DNA of 64,000 bases from Candidatus Latescibacterota bacterium (GTDB lineage Bacteria; Latescibacterota; UBA2968; GCA-2709665). The stretch is taken from NCBI GenBank assembly GCA_965203805.1, contig OZ241917.1, positions 384,001 through 448,000 on the forward strand. Direction: 5' to 3'. The notes under the pieces are model-generated. The model had not been told where the DNA came from. It did not search any database and saw nothing but the letters and a program-made list of their open reading frames with translations. Made by a program: the position numbers and the translations under genes. Shown piece after piece: positions 50,977 through 59,610 of this stretch. Each line of letters opens with the position of its first letter. Position 1 is the first letter of the stretch.

Positions 50977-53900
50977 ATGCATTCCACAGAATCTTTGCAA
51001 TCGACAGTCAAACCTGGTGTAACCGTCGATGGCCCTTTTGTTCCCGAACCTATTGAAGTACTGGCAGTCGTTCCCTTTGGAACATCCTTGAAAGTGATCG
51101 GTAAGGGAACCAAGACTGGCTTGACCCACGATCCTGTTTTGAGTCGAGAGCAGCTATCCAAACTGAACATCTCTGGCGAGAACGAGCCTCTTGACGGGAA
51201 TGCAGCGTTATTCAGGATCGGCATTGAGGCCCATCGGCTTGGTTTGGCCTATGAATATGATCCTTTTTTTTCGCTTTCCATTGCAAGGATAGATCCACTG
51301 CCGCATCAGCTTGAAGCCGTATACGATTATTTTCTAAGACTACCCCGCATTCGGTTCTTGCTTGCTGATGATCCCGGAGCAGGTAAGACCATTATGGCCG
51401 GACTGCTAATCAAGGAGCTGAGAGCAAGGGGCTTGGTAAAGCGCGTTCTGATCGTGGCGCCCGCTAACCTGACGTTTCAGTGGCAGCGAGAACTCAGAGA
51501 TAAATTTCGGGAGTCTTTCGATATTATCAACAGTATGGTACTCCGTACGAACTACGGCCAGAATCCCTGGCAAGAGCGAGACCAGGCTATTACGTCCGTT
51601 TCCTGGGTGTCGCGTATCGAAGATGCTCGTGAGAGTCTACAGCGATCCCGATGGGACCTGATTATTGTAGATGAAGCCCACAAGATGAGTGCCTATGCAC
51701 ACGATCGTAAGACGCTCGCATATCAGCTAGGTGAATCCCTTTCGGAGATGACCGATCATTTTCTATTAATGACAGCAACTCCTCATAAAGGTGACCCCGA
51801 AAACTTCTGTTTGTTTCTCTCGCTTTTAGATCGGGATGTGTATGGTAATGTCGAGAGCCTGAACCACGCAATGTCTCAGAACGAGGCCCCTTTCTATCTT
51901 CGACGCACCAAAGAGGCCTTGGTGTCTTTTCCAGATCCAGATACTGGCGTTGTACATAAGCTGTTTACTAACCGCGAAGTGCATACTGCAGCGTTTGATC
52001 TGGATGGTGAGGAACTCGATTTCTATGATGATTTAACACGGTATGTCGAAGATCAGTCTATTCTGGCTTCAGCCGATAATTCTGCAAGGGGTAGAGCCCT
52101 TGGTTTTACAATGGCAATGCTCCAGCGCCGGATGGCGTCGACGATCTATGCGGTTCGCCGAAGTTTAGAGCGTATGCGGGCTCGGCGTGAAAAGATTCTG
52201 GCCGATCCTGAAGGGTATCGACAGGAACAGATCGAACGAAGGTTTCCGGACGATTATGATGACCTGACCGAAGAAGAACAGCATCAGATTCTGACCGATT
52301 TAGAGGAAGTGGTTGCGTCAGTTGATCCGAGTGCGCTTCGGGAAGAGATTACCCATTTGACGCGATTGATCGGTTCAGCAAGGAAGTTGGAGCACCGTGA
52401 GATCGAATCCAAGTTGGCCAATTTGAAAGACCTGTTGAATAAACGTGGCTTTTTGCGTGATCCGAATAAAAAGCTCCTGGTATTTACTGAACATAAGGAT
52501 TCTCTGGACTATCTGGCTGGAGATGGGAAGGACGGGCGACCATTTGGTAAGCTACGCGCGTGGGGGTTGACGATTACTCAGATTCATGGCGGTATGAAGA
52601 TCGGGGATCGAGATACGCGAGGGACCCGCATCTATGCAGAACGGGAATTTCGAGAATCTGCCCAAATACTAGTGGCAACAGAAGCAGCAGGAGAAGGCAT
52701 CAATCTTCAGTTTTGTAATCAGATGGTCAATTACGACATCCCGTGGAATCCTGTACGATTGGAGCAACGCGTTGGGCGTATTCATCGATATGGTCAGCAA
52801 CACGACTGTTTCATTTTTAACTTTGTTGCCAGAAATACCCGGGAAGGTCGCGTTCTTCAGAAGCTGATGGACCGGCTGCGTGAGATTCGGAGTGAGTTGG
52901 GGACAGATCAGGTATTTGATGTGATTGGCGAAGTATTACCTTCCAATTTGCTAGATCGGCTATTTCGAGATATGTATGCCCGAAGAACAGATGAGCACGC
53001 AGTAGCGCACCGCATTGTTCAGGAAGTGGACTTGAATCGGTTTAAATCCATTACCGAGTCCGCTCTTGAAGGTCTAGCCAAGAAGGAACTAAATCTGTCT
53101 GCCGTTCTTGGCAAATCCGCCGAGGCCAAGGAAAGACGACTGGTGCCTGAGGTGATCGAGCAATTTTTCGTGGAAGCAGGTCCAGTAGCTGGTATTCATC
53201 CAAAGGCCACGTCTCACTGCGGCCAAATATATCGCGTAGGAAAAATACCCAGAACGCTACTTCAAAAAGGGCAGGAAATAGAGGGGCGATTTGGAAGGTT
53301 GGGGAGAGATTATGCGCGTATCGGATTTGACAAGGAGTTGCTAAAAGATCACCCCACATTAGAATGGGTAACCCCTGGCCATCCCCTTTTTGAAGTTGTC
53401 CGAGAGGATGTACTTGAACGCGTGCAAGATCATCTAAACCGGGGGGCAGTGTTTTGGGATCTAAACATACAGGCTGCTGGGATTCTGGACGTTTTTGCTG
53501 CATCGATTAAGGATGGTCTTGGTAACACGCTGCATAGACGTATTTTCGTGGTTGAAACAGATCCCGATGGAGAGATGCAACTCCGACAACCTACCTATTT
53601 CTTGGATATCACGCCAAAGCCTGCCGATGAAACTTCGGCACAGGATCCGAATTTCAAACCACCGGATCGGGTGCTGGCTGAGCGGTTTCTGTTTGAAACG
53701 GCATTACAACCCTGGCTAAATGAATCTGCCGAGCAGAGAGAGAAGGAAGTTGGCATAATTGCCCACCATGTAGGCATCAGCTTGAATGCTTTGATAGATC
53801 GGCAGCAAATCCAGCTTGCAGACTATCTTAATCGTCAGATTGACGGCCAAACTGTTACCGGATTGGATGGTTTGATTGCCCAAGCCGAACAGCATCTGGA

Positions 53901-54438
53901 CGATCTCAACAACCGATTGGAGAACAGAAATAAGGAATTGGAAATGGAGCGCCACTGTACCATCGGAGACATTGCACATCTCGGTCGTGCGATAGTAGTT
54001 CCACATCCCGAACGTCAGACTACAAAATTAGCGCCTATGGTACGGGATGAAAAAATCGAGAAAATAGCGGTACATATGGCCAGGAATTACGAAGAAGCGC
54101 GCGGATGTGTGGTCGAAAGTGTTGAAGCTGACAACCGGGGATTTGATTTGATTTCTCGACGCCCACATCCGGAAGATTCCGACACATTTACAGAAGTAAG
54201 ATTTATTGAAGTAAAGGGGAGGGCCGGAGTTGGGGAGATTTTCTTGAGTACGAATGAATACAGAACCGCAGAACGACTCAAAGACGATTATTGGCTCTAT
54301 ACTGTGTTTAACTGCATAACCGAACCTGACTTACATATTTTTAGAGATCCTGGATCCTTGGATTGGAAACCCATCACGAAAATAGAACATTATCGGATCA
54401 ACCCCAACGCAGTGTTTAGAAACCAGAGCCATGTCTGA
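50977..54438 (+). CDS. SNF2-family helicase with C-terminal DUF3883-like nuclease domain
   Basis: LADDPGAGKT, DEAH, TATPH, GEGINLQ, QRVGRIHRYGQ; C-terminal GFDLIS...FIEVKGR. Confidence 0.92.
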   Translation: MHSTESLQSTVKPGVTVDGPFVPEPIEVLAVVPFGTSLKVIGKGTKTGLTHDPVLSREQLSKLNISGENEPLDGNAALFRIGIEAHRLGLAYEYDPFFSLSIARIDPLPHQLEAVYDYFLRLPRIRFLLADDPGAGKTIMAGLLIKELRARGLVKRVLIVAPANLTFQWQRELRDKFRESFDIINSMVLRTNYGQNPWQERDQAITSVSWVSRIEDARESLQRSRWDLIIVDEAHKMSAYAHDRKTLAYQLGESLSEMTDHFLLMTATPHKGDPENFCLFLSLLDRDVYGNVESLNHAMSQNEAPFYLRRTKEALVSFPDPDTGVVHKLFTNREVHTAAFDLDGEELDFYDDLTRYVEDQSILASADNSARGRALGFTMAMLQRRMASTIYAVRRSLERMRARREKILADPEGYRQEQIERRFPDDYDDLTEEEQHQILTDLEEVVASVDPSALREEITHLTRLIGSARKLEHREIESKLANLKDLLNKRGFLRDPNKKLLVFTEHKDSLDYLAGDGKDGRPFGKLRAWGLTITQIHGGMKIGDRDTRGTRIYAEREFRESAQILVATEAAGEGINLQFCNQMVNYDIPWNPVRLEQRVGRIHRYGQQHDCFIFNFVARNTREGRVLQKLMDRLREIRSELGTDQVFDVIGEVLPSNLLDRLFRDMYARRTDEHAVAHRIVQEVDLNRFKSITESALEGLAKKELNLSAVLGKSAEAKERRLVPEVIEQFFVEAGPVAGIHPKATSHCGQIYRVGKIPRTLLQKGQEIEGRFGRLGRDYARIGFDKELLKDHPTLEWVTPGHPLFEVVREDVLERVQDHLNRGAVFWDLNIQAAGILDVFAASIKDGLGNTLHRRIFVVETDPDGEMQLRQPTYFLDITPKPADETSAQDPNFKPPDRVLAERFLFETALQPWLNESAEQREKEVGIIAHHVGISLNALIDRQQIQLADYLNRQIDGQTVTGLDGLIAQAEQHLDDLNNRLENRNKELEMERHCTIGDIAHLGRAIVVPHPERQTTKLAPMVRDEKIEKIAVHMARNYEEARGCVVESVEADNRGFDLISRRPHPEDSDTFTEVRFIEVKGRAGVGEIFLSTNEYRTAERLKDDYWLYTVFNCITEPDLHIFRDPGSLDWKPITKIEHYRINPNAVFRNQSHV

Positions 54439-55912
54439 TCCGCGCAACGTACTTCAGCGCAAATTTGATTTGCGCCATCGGTCCAGCAACTTTGGAAATG
54501 TAATATCAAAAATGGTGGTAAGAGGGTTTCGCTGTCATCCTCACACGATTATAGATATTCAGAGTCCAATTACTGCTTTTTGTGGTTTGAACGGTGTAGG
54601 AAAATCCACTCTTATCGAACTCGCAGCCTGCGCCTATAAGAACCCTAATGGGCAAAGATTCAATATCAGTAGATTCTTTGCCGTTGGACAACTCGATCCG
54701 GCACCATTTAGCGCCAACGCCTCTGTACAGTATCACTTCGACATACCGGAACAAGGTGAACAAGTCGTAACGATATCTAGAAACCGCCAGCAAAGTCGTT
54801 GGAATGGCTATTCAAGGCGCCCAGCAAGAAATGTTGTTTTTACTGGGCAAGGATTGTATGTATCCCGCTGTGAGAGAAATGATTTCGTGGTTCGGGAGTC
54901 TGCCCGTCTCGATATAACAGAGTCTAAACCAATTGGAGAAGAAGAAATAACAAGATGTTGCGAAATCCTCGGATTGCAATATGAAGAGATCGAAGAGAAA
55001 ACCGTTCGCAGAAAAAAGCAGGAAACTAGTGTCTTAAGCTCTTCAATTGGAGGGAACACATACTCGGAAACCCATATGGGCTTAGGCGAAGGGCGTGTGC
55101 AAACCTTCATAAAAGTTTTTGAATCAGTTGAACGACAAAGCTTAATCCTGATTGAAGAACCAGAACATGCACTTCACCAAAGTGCGCAATATCGACTTGG
55201 TCGCTACCTCGTGGACCTATGTATCCGCAAGGGCCACCAGATGTTCCTTACCACCCATAGTGAGCATCTTCTGAGAGCTTTACCTCAGTTATCTTCTATA
55301 TATTTACACAAAATTCCACAAGGTATTGAAACGATTCCCGGAATGCCTCCTGCTCAGGCTGTGAGCTTGATGGCTGAGGGCTTCGATAAGGCAATTACTC
55401 TGCTTGTGGAAGACGAATGTGCCAAGATTGTCTTGTCTGAAATTCTCAGGCATTTCGATCCAACTTTTCTGGCGTCAGTAAAAATCGAAATTGCTGGATA
55501 TAAAGACGACAGTGGTGAATATGTGGGAGGGGGAAAGGATGCAATTACCAAAACAATGAGAGCTCTAACCAATGTGGGACTGAGCGTAGCTGCAGTTCTA
55601 GATCCTGATGCCTTTTCTGATCCCAAAAATTATGTTTTCAAATTACCTGGTCGAAACGCGCCGGAGTTGGAATTAATTAAATCAACTAAATTTCGAGAGG
55701 TTTTGCTGACCACCTATCAGATTGAGGTAGATAATTTCATTGCAAGCATTAGAACATATGATTGTCATCGATGTTTCTCCCTTCTGGCTAAACAGCTCAA
55801 TGTACACGAATCTTATTTGCTCACTGAAGCGGCACGTGGTTATGCTCCTGAATGCAACAGGTATGAAGCAGAGGTTCTCATTGAACAATTGAAAGAAGCC
55901 GGGAGCCGCTGA
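54431..55912 (+). CDS. ABC-type ATPase fused to TOPRIM-like domain (OLD-like)
   Basis: GLNGVGKST, MGLGE, LIEEPE, TTHS; LLVED and VLDPD. Confidence 0.8.
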   Translation: MSDPRNVLQRKFDLRHRSSNFGNVISKMVVRGFRCHPHTIIDIQSPITAFCGLNGVGKSTLIELAACAYKNPNGQRFNISRFFAVGQLDPAPFSANASVQYHFDIPEQGEQVVTISRNRQQSRWNGYSRRPARNVVFTGQGLYVSRCERNDFVVRESARLDITESKPIGEEEITRCCEILGLQYEEIEEKTVRRKKQETSVLSSSIGGNTYSETHMGLGEGRVQTFIKVFESVERQSLILIEEPEHALHQSAQYRLGRYLVDLCIRKGHQMFLTTHSEHLLRALPQLSSIYLHKIPQGIETIPGMPPAQAVSLMAEGFDKAITLLVEDECAKIVLSEILRHFDPTFLASVKIEIAGYKDDSGEYVGGGKDAITKTMRALTNVGLSVAAVLDPDAFSDPKNYVFKLPGRNAPELELIKSTKFREVLLTTYQIEVDNFIASIRTYDCHRCFSLLAKQLNVHESYLLTEAARGYAPECNRYEAEVLIEQLKEAGSR

Positions 55913-58900
55913 TGGTAGACACCTCCTTTAATTTCCAAGCGGAAGAAAGGAAATTTATGCAGAGCAGATATCCAAAAAGGCTTATAGAAGTTGATCTTCC
56001 GATCTCTCGAATTTCTGCTCAGGCGAGAAGAGAAAAGTCCATTAGAAAAGGACATATCTCCAGTTTACACATTTGGTGGGCGAGGAGGCCATTAGCTGCC
56101 TGTAGAGCTGTATTGTGTGCTTCTCTCTGGCCGGACCCTGTTGATCTGTATGAAAACTGTGCGAAATATAAGGGTTTTGTCCAAGAAAACGGAATTGGAG
56201 TAGCACGCCCAGAACATTTCCTGTACGAAGCTGAAAGACTAATGTCTAAGTGGGCCAAAAAAAACCTCAATCTGGCCAGCCAAAGTTCTTACCGCCGACT
56301 GTTACAGATTCAAAGGGGACGCGAATTTCTTCAAGATCCGGTTAACTTGCGAAACGTGCTACTCGATTTTATCGCAGATTTCAGCATTTGGGAAAACTCC
56401 CAGAAGCACGAATATCTTGAAATTTCACGTGCACTAACATCAGCCGCTCAGGAGACGTTGTATGGGATAAGGGGTACCAATCCTGTCGTTCTAGATCCTT
56501 TTGCTGGTGGCGGTTCTATACCGTTGGAATCCCTGAGATTGGGAGCTGATACATTTGCAATAGATCTCAATCCTGTAGCAGTCTTACTAAATAAGGCCAT
56601 TTTGGAGTATTTACCTAGGTATGGACGAACTCTAGTGAAAGAGATTAACAAATGGGGTGAATGGATACAACGCAAAGCAGAAGAAGAATTGAGCGCATTA
56701 TTTCCGTCATCAAGAGATGGTTCTACTCCCAAAGCGTATTTATGGGCAAGAACCCTTAATTGCGAGGGACCGTCCTGCGGTAAAACTATTCCTGCGATTC
56801 GGACTACAACTCTTCTAACGCGCTCTAAGAACAAACAATATATCAGCATTAAAGGAAATCCAAATCATCCAAAGATTGAAATTGAATTAGTACAGGATAA
56901 ACCAAGCAGAGCCACGATTTCATCAGGCAAACTTACTTGCCCTGTTTGTGGATACACTACCTCTGATAAGAACACAATGAGGCAGATGACGAAGAGAAGA
57001 GGAGGGACAGAAGACGCTTCTCTCATCTGTGTTATAAGCGAGGGTACTGACGGAGCGCGGCAGTTTGATCTCCCTTCGGCCGATGATCTAGTCGCTGCCC
57101 AAGTGTATTCATCTGAGGTTTTATCTGAGCTTTCAAATCAAGGATATAATGCGCCAAAAGATCCTATAAATCCACTTAGACCTTCTCCTAATGCAAGAGG
57201 ACTATCCGCTGTCACTCGTTACGGGATGAGTGCTTTTTCAGATCTTTATACAATACGTCAAAAGGCGACATTACTGACATTTCAGAGAATCATAAATGAA
57301 GCCTCGGAGAAAATGGACGCATCTATTCGCATTCCACTGACGACATTTCTCGCTTTGTCGCTTGGCCGACTACTTGACCGAGATACATCTCTTTGTCGTT
57401 GGATTCCCCAAACAGGCGCAGTCGGCTTTACTTTTGGTCGGCAAGCTTTATCGATGATTTGGGATTTTGTGGAAATTAACCCCTTAACACATTCCGGCGG
57501 ATGGACAGGTGCCTATAAGACAGTGTCCTCTGTCATTGAGGCACAACTATGTATAGAGAAATCCGGTGAGGTTTTCAGTAGTTCTGCAACGTCTCTTGTC
57601 CTGCCGGATGATTCAATAACGATGTTGGCTACTGATCCACCATATTACGACTCGATCCCATATGCAGATCTATCTGATTTTTTTTATGTATGGTTAAAAC
57701 AGCTATTAAGGCCGATTCATAGCTCCCTGTTTTCAAACGAGCTAACTCCGAAAGATGATGAAGTAATTTGGAACCCAAGTAGGTCTTTACCGTGTGGGCA
57801 AAGTAAAGACAAAGAGTTTTATGAATCCATGATGACACGTGCTTTCGAGGAGGGGAGACGCGTTACCGCACCATCTGGTTTAGGCATTGTTGTCTTTGCC
57901 CATAAGTCAACTGATGGATGGGAAGCAATGCTACAATCTTTACTCTCTGCAGGATGGATAATTACTGCATCTTGGCCAATTGATACTGAACGATCTGCTC
58001 GAACAAATGCAATTGGAACAGCCTCATTAGCTTCATCGGTGCATTTAGTGTGTAGACCGCGCGAGATGAGAGATGGAGATATCGGAGAAGATGAGATTGG
58101 TGAATGGCGAGATGTAATATCAGAACTTCCAATACGGATACAAGAATGGATGCAACGGTTAACAGAAGAAGGAATTGTTGGGGCAGATGCTATATTTGCT
58201 TGTTTAGGACCAGCATTAGAAATATTCAGTCGCTATAGCCGAGTTGAAAGGGCAAGTGGTGAAACGGTAGCACTGCGAGAATATCTTGAGCAAGTATGGG
58301 CAGCTGTATCTAATGAGGCTTTGTCCGTAATATTTGAGAGTGCTGATGCACAGGTTTCGGAGCCTGAAGCGCGTTTAACTGCAATGTGGCTATGGACATT
58401 AGGTGCAGGTAGCAAAACTGAAATTGGCGATGGCTTCGGAAATGACCAGTACGACGCACGTGAAGGGAAAGAAACAATACATTCGTCGGGGTTTAATCTT
58501 GAATATGATACAGCACGTAAGATTGCTCAAGGTTTAGGTGTGCACCTTGAGAAAGCAAATTCAGTGGTGGAAGTCAGGGGAGAAAAGGCGAGATTGTTAC
58601 CAGTTATAGAACGGACTCGCTACCTCTTTGGCATAGACAGTGAGTTAGAGACTGGGCGTCGCCGGAGAACCAAGAATGTGAAGCAGCTTTCTCTCTTCAA
58701 TGAGTTAGAAGAAGCGGAAGGTGTTGATGCTGAAGAATTGGAGGCAAATGGTCCGCTTCCAGGCTCGACAATATTAGATCGTGTGCATCAAGCAATGATT
58801 CTCTTTGGGGCGGGACGAGGAGAGGCATTGAGGAGATTCTTGGTACAAGAAGGTATTGGAAAAGATGATGGATTCTGGAAATTGGCTCAAGCTCTCTCAG

Positions 58901-58977
58901 CCCTTTATCCATCAGAAATTGTAGAGAAGAGGTGGGTAGATGGGGTTCTTGCCCGTAAAGGAAGTCTGGGATTCTGA
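55912..58977 (+). CDS. DUF1156 adenine-specific DNA methyltransferase
   Basis: KRLIEVDLP, LHIWWARRPLAACRA, DPFAGGGSIP, TDPPYYD; Cys-pair Zn finger. Confidence 0.92.
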   Translation: MVDTSFNFQAEERKFMQSRYPKRLIEVDLPISRISAQARREKSIRKGHISSLHIWWARRPLAACRAVLCASLWPDPVDLYENCAKYKGFVQENGIGVARPEHFLYEAERLMSKWAKKNLNLASQSSYRRLLQIQRGREFLQDPVNLRNVLLDFIADFSIWENSQKHEYLEISRALTSAAQETLYGIRGTNPVVLDPFAGGGSIPLESLRLGADTFAIDLNPVAVLLNKAILEYLPRYGRTLVKEINKWGEWIQRKAEEELSALFPSSRDGSTPKAYLWARTLNCEGPSCGKTIPAIRTTTLLTRSKNKQYISIKGNPNHPKIEIELVQDKPSRATISSGKLTCPVCGYTTSDKNTMRQMTKRRGGTEDASLICVISEGTDGARQFDLPSADDLVAAQVYSSEVLSELSNQGYNAPKDPINPLRPSPNARGLSAVTRYGMSAFSDLYTIRQKATLLTFQRIINEASEKMDASIRIPLTTFLALSLGRLLDRDTSLCRWIPQTGAVGFTFGRQALSMIWDFVEINPLTHSGGWTGAYKTVSSVIEAQLCIEKSGEVFSSSATSLVLPDDSITMLATDPPYYDSIPYADLSDFFYVWLKQLLRPIHSSLFSNELTPKDDEVIWNPSRSLPCGQSKDKEFYESMMTRAFEEGRRVTAPSGLGIVVFAHKSTDGWEAMLQSLLSAGWIITASWPIDTERSARTNAIGTASLASSVHLVCRPREMRDGDIGEDEIGEWRDVISELPIRIQEWMQRLTEEGIVGADAIFACLGPALEIFSRYSRVERASGETVALREYLEQVWAAVSNEALSVIFESADAQVSEPEARLTAMWLWTLGAGSKTEIGDGFGNDQYDAREGKETIHSSGFNLEYDTARKIAQGLGVHLEKANSVVEVRGEKARLLPVIERTRYLFGIDSELETGRRRRTKNVKQLSLFNELEEAEGVDAEELEANGPLPGSTILDRVHQAMILFGAGRGEALRRFLVQEGIGKDDGFWKLAQALSALYPSEIVEKRWVDGVLARKGSLGF

Positions 58978-58985
58978 GGCATACG

Positions 58986-59585
58986 ATGGATACTCCCCTG
59001 TCTGAGAAATGGACAAGAGCGTTTCGTGATGTTGTCGTGCAGCCTCGAATTTCCGATCCATTGAAGACAACTTCACTTAACGAAGATTTGAGACATTGGA
59101 CAACGCTGTTGACAGATGTTGTTATTGAGAGTTGTAAACAGTTGGATTGGCAGGCTGCAGCCAAGGGTCATACGCTTGATTTGCTTCCTCAGATGGGACA
59201 AGAATACCTCGGCCTTGATGCTGTCGCGTTCGAAGTTTCTCTTAGCCAAATGCAATCCTCTCGTTGGACTTTTCCTGTTGCCGTTTTTGAATTGGAGAAT
59301 AGTCTCTCTGATAATCGTGTGGCTTATTCTCTTTGGAAAGTGATGTGTATAAACGCTGCATTGAGAGTTGTATTTGCCTACCGACGAGATGATCTGAAAG
59401 GAGCAGACCTTGTGAAGTCCTTGAAAACAAACGTCGTTTCAGGGATTCCTTCAATACAACGTACTCGAATATTTGGAGAAACCCTCCTTGTGATAGGGAG
59501 TCGGTCTGATGGACCAACCTTCCCGTGGGGATTCTTCAAATTCTGGCACCTTGATTTGAATACGGGAAGTTTTGTAAAATCTTAA
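58986..59585 (+). CDS. Hypothetical protein, possible restriction-endonuclease-like fold
   Basis: Operonic spacing; EYLGLDAV...AVFELENS pattern. Confidence 0.65.
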   Translation: MDTPLSEKWTRAFRDVVVQPRISDPLKTTSLNEDLRHWTTLLTDVVIESCKQLDWQAAAKGHTLDLLPQMGQEYLGLDAVAFEVSLSQMQSSRWTFPVAVFELENSLSDNRVAYSLWKVMCINAALRVVFAYRRDDLKGADLVKSLKTNVVSGIPSIQRTRIFGETLLVIGSRSDGPTFPWGFFKFWHLDLNTGSFVKS

Positions 59586-59610
59586 CCCAAGGAAAGAGTG
59601 GGAGACAGTT

